From Basidiobolus meristosporus CBS 931.73 (lineage: Eukaryota; Fungi; Basidiobolomycota): a DNA stretch of 64,000 nt. The position numbers and the translations under genes were made by a program. Location of the stretch: positions 1 to 64,000 of the forward strand of contig MCFE01000218.1 of assembly GCA_002104905.1 (NCBI GenBank), in the 5' to 3' direction. Of this stretch, positions 1 to 11,787 are shown one piece after another. A model generated the notes under the pieces. That model had not been told where the DNA came from. It saw only the letters and a program-made list of their open reading frames with translations, and did not search any database. Each line of letters opens with the position of its first letter. Positions within the stretch are counted from its first letter, which is position 1.

Positions 1-840
1 ATGTCATGCTCGGATAAATCAAAAGGTGGTGTATCTAATTCGTTTTCTTCCGAGCTGTCACCTTCGTTTCCCGAGTCTAGTTCATCTTGATGGAAAGTAT
101 GAACAGTCGGGGCAATTGAAGCATCAGAAACATTTTGACCCGAGACATCCTTATACAAGTCGGAACAACCGCAATAGTAGTGTATGAATGGGTGAGCGGC
201 AAGCGTCTCCTTATTTTCTAGGCCTCTATGCATTTAATGTTAAATATAGAACTTAAAAGAAACCAAGAACCACGGTTCTAATTTATTTTGTTTCAGTCTC
301 GGTGTTCATCCATTGACGACCATGAATAGCCTATGAAGTCAGCATTTTTTCGACAATCAAGTTGTACATACAATTAATCAAGTTTGGTTATTTTGACCTG
401 AGATAACGATTGGCCAACTTCTTATACGATCAGTTATTTTGTTTGGCCCTTGTTGCCGTCTCAGTTGTGCCACGAAGCAGTATATTATATTTTCCCAATG
501 GGGCGATGTCCGACTTGGCATGAAAATGATGTTGTTTAGCAGAGGTAAAAGGCATGAATACACACGGCTTTTCATTATAGCACGAGCGAGAAAAGCCATA
601 CACAGAAGCATAAGTAACCTTATATTTTAAACAACGTAAATAACTGGGAAATGGAGTTGCAAATGGTATATCAGTACGCTACATTTGCATGGTCCCCAGG
701 AATGGGCAGAGTACATTGTTAGTGGATTTGTTGAAGGGATGGTACTCCAAAGCTTCTTCGAGCCTTCTTCATAAAGAAACTGGCAATATCTCAAATACAA
801 CATAAAATATCTCGGCACCATTTTGGCAACGATGTCACCT
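1..840 (-). CDS. Probable 5'/middle exons of an unidentified multi-exon gene, truncated by the left edge and divergent from CDC55
   Basis: Open minus-strand frame from about 225 to base 1 (..KETLAAHPFIHYYCGCSDLYKD..DELDSGNEGDSSEENELD..). Further protein-like minus segments lie at about 420-615 and 690-840 near AG/GT-like junctions. I could not build a consistent splice model or assign a family. Confidence 0.35.
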
Positions 841-1881
841 CTAGTAAAGCACAGTCACTACTATATATCACACAAGAAAACATAATCCTAACTTGAACTG
901 GTCAGGGCAACGGCAGCGAGCAACAGAGGCCAAAGTCGCATACAAAACGTGTCAAAGAACTCGTGTTATTTGCTGGTAACGCACAGACCAACCCTCACAA
1001 AGGGATAGTCCACCACTACGTGAGGAAGCAGAATACAACGATCTGTGAGAGTTGTGATTTGAGCGAGAGGGGAAGTTTCGTAGTGGATACAGAACTCCAA
1101 AGCAAAACCAAACCAAAGTGGGGTTCATTCACATCACACTCATACGTGGCTCTACCATTCTAAGGCTTCCCAATTAATCAAGATTGGCTATGAAACTATC
1201 TGGAATTACGCATTCCCTCCACATTAGAGCAATGAAGTAACTTATCTTTCATCCACCCAATTCGATGTATTAATGCTAGCAAATCCATCAATTGTTTATG
1301 TCATCAACCCACGGCTAATGAAACATCAATCATCACGAAATGTTGGTGAATCGCAAGCCAACCATCTCGCGTCGCCAGAACATTGTTTCATGCTCATGCC
1401 CAACAACAACGTAACATCGCGAGGGATCCACCGATAATGCAAAGTCACTCGCTCAAAATCCCTATTTTGAGGGCCCCACACCCGATATACTCCGGAAATT
1501 AGCGAGATCGCAAGAATTCGGGAAAATGTGCTTGGTACTTATCTACAGATGACAATAAGATGCAGTATCAAATGAGTAAGATATGTCAACGGATCCGAAC
1601 GTAAGGGATTTCATCCAATCATTGGGCGCTAGTGATATTGGAATTTGAATTTGTTATCTGGGTGAATGCTAATGTTTGCATTTGCGTTAGCTGCTCAATC
1701 TGATTTATGCCGGATATACCGCACCAACCTAATAGAATTCCAGCTACTAAAAAAAATCAGCAGAATTTCGCGGCCTGTCACATTAACCTAGCTACCTAGT
1801 TCGTTCCTCACTTCAACCTGTAGCTTTTCCTCGTCACTCTATTTTATCCTTTTCTTTTTATACTCACTATTTTCAATCAAT

Positions 1882-3758
1882 ATGGCCGAAGTCGATGGAG
1901 GATGGAAATTTGCCCAGTGCTTTGGTGACAAGGGCGATGTCGAAGACATCTCTGAAGGTATGCCTGGATTCCTCAACACGTTTACTTTATTTCGTAGCGA
2001 CTTGCATCCTGTTCAGTGGCTTTAGAAGCCTCTTGATGTGAATTCAAGAAGACGGCCCAGACCCCCTTTACTTATCTCACATACAACATCCGATTTTCCC
2101 ACGTGAAAATGCGTCTTAACAATGCATATCTTATTTCTAGTTGATATAATCTCTACTGTCGAATTTGACCATACCGGTGATTATCTTGCTACTGGTGACA
2201 GGGGCGGCAGAGTGGTGCTCTTTGAGAGAAACGATGGAGTATGTTGCTTATTATACAACACTTACCATTTCCCATATTCCTGAACTTTCTGCCTTCTGTT
2301 TAGAAAAAAGGATGTGAATACAAATTCCATACCGAATTCCAATCGCACGAGCCTGAATTCGACTATCTAAAGAGTCTAGAGATTGAAGAGAGAATAAACA
2401 AGATCAGGTGGTGCAAACGCCAAAATTCTGCACACTTTTTGCTCTCCACCAATGGTACGTACCTAGCCATGCAACGATCCGTCACTGCTTGGCTTTCATG
2501 GTTGGTAACTCTTTTAATACGCACAGACAAAACGATCAAATTGTGGAAGGTTTTCGAGAAGTCGTTGAAAGTTGTTTCCGAAAAAAATTTGACCGATGGC
2601 ATGCCTCCACCACTTATAAACAGAAACTCCCTAAAGCTCCCCAAGCTCACCCACCACGACACTATTGTTGCCGCGGTCCCCAGAAAGGTATATGCGAATG
2701 CCCATGCCTACCACATCAACTCGATATCCATCAATTCCGACGGAGAAACATACCTATCGGGCGATGACTTGAGAATCAACTTATGGAATTTGAATATTAG
2801 TGACCAAAGCTTCAGTATCCTTTCCCGATGGTTGTTTTGCTCGGAAGTGAAAATTTTCAGCCGTGTGAGCATCCTTAACTTCTTCTTTACTAGATATCGT
2901 GGACATCAAACCGGCCAACATGGAAGAACTGACTGAAGTGATCACTGCTTCGGAATTCCACCCTTCACACTGTAATGTCTTCATGTACAGTAGTAGCAAA
3001 GGAACCATCAAGCTTTGTGATATGAGAGAGGCAGCCCTTTGTGATCGCTATGCTAAGAGTAAGTTGATTTAGTTGACTTTTCAACCTCCCGTCATCACCT
3101 CTGACGGCTGTGTGCTCCCTTGACCTTAGTGTTCGAGGAGGAGGAGGACCCCAGCAGTAGATCCTTCTTTTCGGAAATCATCTCGTCCATCTCCGACGTG
3201 AAGTTTAGCAACGATGGTCGTTATATTCTGTCTCGTGACTACCTGACCCTCAAGATTTGGGATATCAACATGGACAGTAAGCCAGTGGAGACCATCAATG
3301 TCCACGACTATCTACGTAGCAAACTGTGCGATCTGTACGAGAATGATTGTATCTTCGATAAGTTTGAGTGCAATATCAGCGGGGACGGAAAGTATCCTTT
3401 TTCAGTCTGCATTTATTGTTATGCCCGATTCTGTCGCCACGCAACGCGTTCCATATAATCCTTGACTTGGCTGATTAGCTCAATTCTGACCGGTTCTTAC
3501 AGTAACTACTTCCACATCTTCGACGCAAACAACAAAAGCGAGGTTACTTTGCAGGCTGACAAGAGTGCTTTCAAGGCCAAGCGAGTTGGCTCTACCAAGA
3601 ACAAGCCGAACCTCAACCGTGGGGCTAAGAATGGTAGAAAGGAAGACATCAATCCAGATACCATGGATTTCAACAAGAAAATCCTTCATACCTCATGGCA
3701 TCCAAGAGAAAATACAATTGCTGTTGCGGCAACCAATAACCTTTTCATCTTTTCGTAA
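1882..3758 (+). CDS. CDC55: Protein phosphatase 2A regulatory subunit B55 (WD40), 7 exons
   Basis: Exons 1882-1957, 2141-2238, 2304-2454, 2527-2814, 2894-3058, 3130-3391, 3479-3758, all GT-AG and in frame. B55 hallmark motifs: [136 protein letters not shown]. Confidence 0.96.
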
Positions 3759-4397
3759 GTTCACGAGTTTTTCCTGACGGACCACATCTTCGAACACCCA
3801 TTAATATGCGGCGAATTTCTTTAGGCAAGCTCATTGATCATAGTGCTTTCATTGCTGCTTAAACATCCGATTCTAGGTCTTTATTTAATCCATCTTGCAC
3901 CCCCCTCGCCCCACGTATGTTCTTGTTGATACTTCATAGAACAGAAAGTTGACTTGTTTCCTTTTCCACCTCTTCTTCTACATGCAAAATCTGTAAATGT
4001 TTGAAAGTTTATACGTTCTTGACCCAAGCCATTTGTTGGCACGCCGGTGTAATAAACATTGGTTACATATTGAGGTGCATGCAGCGTGCTGGGGAATAGA
4101 TTTCAGCAATTTGTTCAGTTGTTGGCCCTGCCACCCCCTGGCTGGAGGAGTGGGGATCAAGTCTGCCTTGCTATACTGATCTCTACACAGCGCGCGGATC
4201 TCTAGGGCGAATATGGGTTTTATTGAGGTTCATGGCAGACAACATCACGTATCATATGCTTGGTGTATGTCGAATGCCCTTTTCATTAAATCAACCAGGT
4301 CAAAATTTGGCTTTCAGCAAGAACATGGCGTGTGCGTCAAAGCCGAACAATATTACATGTACAGGAGCTTGGAAAAGCCGGCCACACTTGGTGTTGG

Positions 4398-6916
4398 TCA
4401 ACAAGGAGTTTCAAGCAGATTGTCCAACTCCATGATGAATTCTTCCGGCAACTGGGGCACGTACTCCCTGGAACTTCTCCCAAAGCCTGTCAGCATCTCG
4501 GAAGTGGTAGGGATGGCAAAGGGTAACATATGGTCCGGGTTTTTCCATATATCGAGTTCTGGCTCAGTTTCGTACGGTGCTCTTTCATGGTTCAGAATGT
4601 CTGCCTTGAGCTCCACCACGTTGGCCATGTGCTCCCCGTTCACTTTCATCGAGGAGAGGGTCTCTGCGTGCCGGTTCACCGTATCCTGCACCACCTTGTC
4701 CAGGTACTGAAGGATCTCTTCCTGGATCTGATTCTCATCCACCTCATACCGGTAATGCTGCGCCAGATGCTTCATTTGGGTGGAGGTCAACTGATCGAGC
4801 TCCTTGGCCGTCTCCACCAGCGAGCCCAAATCCGGCAAACTTGAAACGCATTGAAGGTACTGTAAGGCCTGGATCACTGCTCGGAAGTGGAAGAGCAGCA
4901 CCGAGGGTAGCCGGTTCGAGTGGATCCAATCTTCGATGACCGATAGGTTCATTCGAATCTGCATGGCCTTGGTTCGGTTACAGTATTCCTTGTTGCCGAG
5001 GATGCGGTTGAATATCTCTGCTGAGAGGAAGTAGAAGAGTTGGTTTAGGATGTAGTGGATGGTTGCCGGATGCACCTCGTAGGACTGCAGGACTATCAAC
5101 GTGGAGGACAAGATACAGTTGACCGTTTTGGGGGACACCGGCTTCTGATTCAGCTGAGGTCGATATGTGTGGTTTGCTTTCGAGTGGCTTGACGGGCTCT
5201 TTCGGGTCAGTGAGCTGAAAAAGCCCATCCGCTCTTTGATGAACTGCACCTGGTCAATCCCGGGGAGCGTTAGATAGTTCATCATGGCATCATCGATCAC
5301 CTCCAGCAATCGTTTCTCAGCATTGGCAACGAAGTGCTGGTATATCTCGTGAATGATCTCGGACAACTCGAATTGCTGTTGGACCGTAGACGCCACGAGC
5401 TCTGAATCCCTCTTGAAGTAGTATAGCAAGAGGTTGCAGTTGGCTAGCCAGAAGCCCAGCAGAGACATATCATCCTTATTCACCTATATGGATCAGCTTT
5501 AGCGGGGTTAGTCTATCGTGCAGAATGCTACATCAAGGCTACCTGAATGATGGCAGCGATCCTTGACATGGCTTTGGTCATCAGCTCCGAAAGCATATCC
5601 AAGCCGGCTAGATAGTGGGAGTATCTTGCCGCCAGGAAGATCCAGCTGGCCGGGATGAACTTGCGTGTTTTTGAGTAGTGCGGCTTCATGTGGGAGATGA
5701 CGCTCTCCAAAATCGAGTCCAGATTCTTCTCCGAGAAGACGAACATCTGGTCTAGCTGGAGGGAGTTCCAGTCAAACTCCATCTCTTCGCCCTCCTAGTT
5801 CAAAAGTACGATCTTAGCGCCAGCCATGCCGCGACCAATACATCTACCCTCTTCTTACCTCGACGTCTTTGGGTTGGAATTCTGCCAGGTCTATCTCATT
5901 TCCATTGACATTGTCCATAGCCATCTTGTACAAAATATCACTCTCCGCCAGCGCACTCTCCAGATCGTTGATCGATGGCGCGTAATATCTGTTCTCGCGA
6001 GCCTCCTCGTTCTCGGAGCCCCCCTGACTGTCCGCAAGGAGTTCCATAATCTTTTGCGAGTGTGATGGATCAATAGTTTTATCGCGGTTAAGGAAGTCCA
6101 ACACTGTCCTACCTTTGGAGGACTTACAGTCGGTAGAAGCGCCATGCTCAACCAGTAGCTCTACAATAGTGCTATGGTGGTTGCTGGAGGCCCACATCAG
6201 CGCCGACCAACCGGCTAATATACGAGCAAAGTAAGTTTAGAGGCAATAATGGTCAGGTACAGGCTCAGAAATCCCTTACAGTTGTCCTGAATGTTCGGCT
6301 CTGCGCCGGATTCCAGTAGCTCGAGCACTGTTCGGTCGTAGCCGAAGCAAGCAGCATGGATCAGTGGCGTGGTGCCGTCCTCATCCCTTTTATTCAGATG
6401 CAAGTGGGCTCTGGCTGCTCTCAGTATCTTGACTGCAGTGTCTTGATCCCCGTTCAGCACTGATCTTTCGAAGACTCGTTGGATCTTTTCGGTGTTTTCC
6501 GGACCGTCTACCATTAGTATGTCGTCGATGCTCTCGAACTGCTCAACACACAGGTCTCGATTGGAGGGGATCTTGGTGGGCGGGGGGAGGGGTGTCTGCT
6601 TCGGCATGGTCTCCTTGGGCCGAGCAGGAGCGACTAACGGGCTCTTGGGGCCATTTCTGTACAACGGAGAGCTTGGTAAGCTCAAGCACTTACTGAATAC
6701 TTCCTTGTTGGGGGACAGCAGACTCTCTATCCGCATGTCAACGCTCGGTGTGAGCAAATGGAATTTGCTGGGTGGAGCTTGGTGGGTGGAGCTGAGCTCC
6801 ACGTTCCACGAAGCAAGATCCGAGCCAAGTTCCTCCAGGTTGAGCCTGGGTGGGACTCGAGAGCATGGCCTTGGCTTCGAGTCTCTTTCCTCGACTATCA
6901 ACTCCCGTATGCCCAT
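4398..6916 (-). CDS. Ankyrin-repeat plus DIL (dilute) domain protein, 4 exons, about 776 aa
   Basis: Exons 6916-6280, 6214-5859, 5794-5543, 5483-4398 join in frame (2331 nt). Ankyrin motifs DEDGTTPLIHAACFG and GWSALMWASSNHH..IVELLVEHGA. DIL-like region QLFYFLSAEIFNRIL..KEYCNRTKAMQIRMNLSVIEDW..QLTSTQMKHL..Y. Start Met chosen as MGIRELIVEE; an upstream in-frame ATG exists at 7147. Confidence 0.87.
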
Positions 6917-7677
6917 GTTCGCTAGATGGATTGGTGGGATCCTGGATTCGACAAAGATGAGTGGGTGTGGCCGCGTGGTTGGACTTGGTGGCGGTAGGTA
7001 GGATGTCCAGTGTTCAAGCTTGGATTCGATAGGCTTCGATTCAGAAGGGAAACACGCTGTAGCGAGGGTGGGGAATATATAGAGCCAGCCGGCCGGCCTT
7101 TCAAAGGGCAGTAACAGGGCGAGACAGATCATCTGAATTTGTTTCATAGCTCCTACGTGTTATGGAGGGCATCCCATCGCTAGGTTCTCGGATGCGAACC
7201 AGGGTTGGGAGAGGCGCCGTTGCCATGAAATCTCCGCACCTGACGATCAAAACCAGGCCGTTTCCAATCCTGATCCGGCGTTTCGTCCGCAGGATCCCAC
7301 AGCCGTTTGCCATCCAACGTGAAACTATATGTCAATAGGCAGACTTCAGCCACCTTCGAACCTGTACACTGTGACACAGGGTCTACCTGGGATCTGGTTG
7401 GACAGGCTAGGCTCTGCGGCCACGTGACTGGGCAACAGATCTGCCAGCCCCTTCAAGCACACTTGTAACTCGCACATTCAGACGTATGGTTTATTGAATT
7501 GTGTACAGTTCAGCAATCCCAGTGCTCCGCGGCCAGAGGGATATCAGCCGCGGGGAGGGGTTGCCGTCGATTGGGTTGGGCCACGGGAGGCTCGGCGCCG
7601 TGATGGGTCAGGAAAAACAAGCAAGAAAACTCCCCAGCACCATACAAGCGCCGGCGGCACAGCGGCCTACCAGGCCA

Positions 7678-9197
7678 TCAGAACGAGCCCAGTCCACTCA
7701 GAATCGCCAGATCGTGATCGATTTCCGATTGCTCCAGGCTGGCCAACACCTAGATCATGGGATTCAAGGGTTAGATCAGTTGGTGGCAGTCATGAGGGCC
7801 ACGCCGACCAGCGGGCGTGCGTATGCCTACCATGGACTTGGCTAAGTTTCTCGTCGTCAGGTTTGTCCCCTTCAGGCGCGGCCTCCTCGAGAGAATTGGG
7901 CGTTCGTGAGGATCCAGGTGTAATACATCGTCTGGTAGGGTCCATTCGTGAAGCAGTTTTATCTTTTTGCTCCCGATCCCCTCGGCAATGCTGTTCTTCA
8001 GCTCCTTCTGCTTCTCCTGGTGGCTATGGGTTAGTGCGGCGGCGGGATCCAACAATCGATCTGCTCCTATTACCTGATGGTCGCAGCTAATCTGATACTC
8101 CATGGCGGTGCACATGTTCGTGATGGTTAGCATCTGCATGTTCTTCAGATAATCTGCCACAGCCACACGCTGTCGTTTCTTCAGCTCTATCGGCTGTAGC
8201 AACAGAGTCAGTGATGGATGGGTGTCTGTGGATCAGGCAGGTGAGTATGCGTTCGTTGTTTAATGGACAAGCCGACTTCATACCATCCCTGATGTAGGCG
8301 ATTTCCTTGTTCAGTTCGGCGACCTTTTCGCGATAAAGCCTGGGAGAGGTTAGCCTGTTCTAAATCATCGCGACACGAATGGCGCGAATACCTTTGCCGT
8401 AGTTTGGCGAAATCCAGCTCGATCTCGCGTAGTATTTTGATCGCGGTACATCGTTTCTCTCTGACCGGATCCTCTATGGAAGAAACAGGCTTTAGCTCCA
8501 CCTCCCGTCGTTCTCAGGCGGTGTGTGGCACTGAAAGTAACTTACGCATTTCCTCGTCTTGTGTTGCTATGGATGCTGTATCATCATCTTGGTCTCTATC
8601 ACTGGCTTTGGGTGAGCCAACTGGAGTGACGAAGTCAGGTGACAGGTAGCGGTCGGAATGTGTAGGTGAAGGTAAACGTGACGAGGCCGGTGACAAAGTA
8701 GGAGAAGGAGGGAGACTATCTAGCGGCTCCTCTTCGTCAGAGGTGTTCAACCTCTCTTGCTGATTAGGTGTAGTAAGAGTGTTAGAATTAGATGTAGCGG
8801 GATCAGCCAAGCTGTCGCTCTCGCTTTCAAGCGGGCTTCTATCTCGAGTGCATATGATGGTAGGAAGTTCAATCCTGCTAGGAGGGGGGCTTGTATCCTT
8901 GGCTGGTAGCTCTACGCGGGGTCTCTCTGGTTCAACATCATGACCAAGGTTGTTTGTTGGGGAAGCGATATTTTCTTCCGAGGTAGCCTCAGGGAAGCAA
9001 GGCTGACAAGGAGCATCTGGAGGAGTAGGGATTTTCGCATCCGTGCTCCTATCAGCCGCGTCCTGGGGAATAGTCGTGCTTGTGGGCGCTTCCACAGGAG
9101 CCGCGGGTTTAACTGCACCTTCTAATCTCTCTTCGCTGGTCGGGCTCGCTTTGTCGTTCTTAGTGATGTCCTTGGTTTTCGTGTCGTTCTCAGTCAT
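7678..9197 (-). CDS. Sds3-like (Dep1/Sds3) Rpd3L histone deacetylase complex subunit, about 6 exons
   Basis: Long Pro/Ser-rich exon 1 (9197-8546). Spliced exons then give REKRCTAIKILREIELDFAKLRQRLYREKVAELNKEIAYIRDDTHPSL.. (coiled-coil Sds3-family pattern) and a terminal LEQSEIDHDLAIL..SF* with stop at 7678-7680. Confidence 0.8.
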
Positions 9198-9689
9198 GAT
9201 GAACTCACTCGAAAAGGAAGGGAAACGTAGGATTCTTGTGGCAAGTTAGATAGAGTCCACTAGAAGATAACACGATGGGGCATGAAAATTCCGGTAGTGA
9301 GGTAGGGGGTGTGCTTTTCGAGAAGAGAGCTCAGTGGGGATAGATTAAAAAACCCGACCTGACAAACAGGAAATCGTGTTGTGCCCAAAAAATGGCCTGA
9401 ATTGGTGCGAACACCAGATCACTCACTCTCCCATTCATTCTACCAATACTCCATCATGACGCTGATCTCCACGATAATTTGTTACGCGAGTGCGTGCTTA
9501 CTTCATTGGACTGCTCTTTTCCAATTGGTTCCGTCGTCTCACCCACACCAAATTCCTCTTCATAGAGTAAATGATCGTTTATTTCACGTGAGCCCATGGT
9601 CAGAACGAGTGATTGGGGTTGAAACTGGAGCTCTACCAGCCCTCAAACATGTCATCGAGAGGAAGAGCGCCGTTGAGAATCGGCCAACA

Positions 9690-11725
9690 TTAGGCTTTGT
9701 AAAGGCAGTCCAGATATCCTTTGACCACATCGTCCAAGATGGATTTGTCTGGGATGGTGGCCGCGGAGCCGTACAACGCGGCCGAGCGGCCCAAATCCTG
9801 TGATGGGCTCAATTTCGCCTCTGCCACCGAGTCGGCCAAATCTTTCAAGAACTGCTCTGCGGTGGGCACGGTGGAAAGGGTGCAGGCGATATGGACGGCG
9901 GGGGGATTCTGGAGCGCATTGAGGCTCCAGCCACGAGTGGACATGGCGTCGTTGATGGTGTAGACGTTCAGGCTGTGGGACCCAAACGCGACCACCGACA
10001 CCAATGGATCCCCGTACACAAAGAGTTCCTCCATCCCGAGAATCCTAGGGAGCTCAGGTCAATGCTGCGGCGCCGAACATTGCTTGTGCGCAGATGCCTT
10101 ACCCATTTTTTATCTTCCGTGCCGCCTGAACAATTCGTTTGGTGGAATCCACGTACCCGGACAAGCCCATCTTCGTCATGGCCGCCCAGCAGCCGGCAAC
10201 CAAGGATCCAGGCCTAGTAACCAATTTAGTCATCCCACTACACTTCAGCCATTCATAGCCTCAATACCTAGACCCGGGGATGGTGGGCGAAGCGTAGATG
10301 CCGCCAGTCCACGACTGTGCGACGAAATACTGGAATTGGCGGATCTTCTTGGAGGAATACATGATCACCGAGGATCCCTTGGGGGCGAACCCGTACTGGA
10401 GGAGAATCACCTCGTCAAAAACGGCCCTCTGCAAACCCTCACGCCACACAGGAGCTTACCTTGTGCGTGTCGCAGGAAATCGAGGTGACCCCATCAACTC
10501 TAAAGTCGAATCTGGGAATCTCGAACCCAGCCTTTTCCATGAAAGGCAGTAGAAATCCACCGAGACAGCAGTCAACGTGTAGTGGTATGTTGTGCCTGGC
10601 CGCGATCTTAGCCAGCCCAGGAACGTCGTCGATAATTCCATGCGGAAAGCCGATGGCGGAGCCAACGATCTGCACAGTGGGTGATTACCAGGTCAGAGGT
10701 GAGCTGAAGAAGACATTGACTCTACCATGATCGTGTTCCAATTGATGGCTCTTTTGACAGCCTTGAGGTCTGCTCTCCAAGTGGACTTGTCAACGGGGAT
10801 ATGGACGAGCCTGATGCCGAAGTAGTCGGCCGCCTTATCAAATGCCGCATGCCCGGTGACTGGAACGATCCTACAGTTTACGTAGCCAATTAGCGACTTG
10901 GGGATCCGAGGGTTTGGAGGAAGGCTTACATCTCGGGCTCGGTGATTCCTTTGAGCTCTCTGCCCATCTCGCGGTACGCCCTACACGCCATCAGAATACT
11001 CTCCGTGCCGCCAGAGGTCATGGCGCCGGCGGCGTCGCTGGGGGCATTGTACATATCCAGCACCATGGAGATGATCTCCGCCTCCATTTGTCTTACTCCC
11101 GGGAAGATGTCCGCGTGAAGAGGGTTGGACTGGGAGAACATGGTTGCTGCCTCGGAGGAGAGTTGGTTAATTTTCTCCTCCGAATGATAGATAGTCCCGG
11201 AGATCTGGCCTGCGGTCCAGTCGACGGTCCCCATCTTCTTGTACCTACGGGTTCAGTCGAGGTGAGCGGCAGAAGGGGATGTGAGCCCGATATGAATGGA
11301 ACTTACCTGTGAAGCTCACTACGCAAGGCCTCTTCGTCCAAACCAAACTCCGGCAGTGTCAGGTACTTCTTTTGCCCGGGGTCGTCAGATACGATCTTCT
11401 TTTCCATGTCTTTCAAGGTTTTGTTCACCTCTGACTGGATCCGTTTCTGAACGCTGGGGAGCATGCGAACGAGTCGGAAGATGGTCTAGGTCAGAGGGTG
11501 TCAAACGATCAACCTTACACATAAGCTGGGAAGACTAAGTACCTGTCTGGTTTTCTCTGAGAGCTCTTGGAAGATTCCAGTGGGTCCTCTAAGCAACAGG
11601 ATGCGGCCTAGTTTAGCGGCCGTAGAAAGGGCGAAGTAAACGACCAGGATATTCTTCCACATGTTGGCGCGTGGGGAAGTCCCATACGCGGCCAAGGCGA
11701 GGCGAACTTGCTCGGTGTTCAACAT
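9690..11725 (-). CDS. DPL1: Sphingosine-1-phosphate lyase (PLP-dependent), 8 exons
   Basis: Exons 11725-11543, 11485-11307, 11244-10930, 10870-10726, 10669-10460, 10395-10268, 10213-10103, 10044-9690. Motifs [57 protein letters not shown] (PLP lysine), [23 protein letters not shown]. Confidence 0.96.
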
Positions 11726-11748
11726 GGTGGCTTGAAGGGAAGGGGTTC

Positions 11749-11787
11749 GGGTGTGGATGTGGATGTGGGTGTGGGTGTGGGTGTGTG
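11749..11787. repeat. GGGTGT/GGATGT hexamer microsatellite just upstream of the DPL1 start
   Basis: gggtgt ggatgt ggatgt gggtgt gggtgt gggtgt gtg, read directly. Confidence 0.9.

Noticed and set aside
6917-7147. N-terminal extension of the ankyrin-DIL ORF from ATG 7147
   Set aside because: Low-complexity, UTR-like translation; the downstream ATG at 6916 is more plausible. Not excluded without TSS data.
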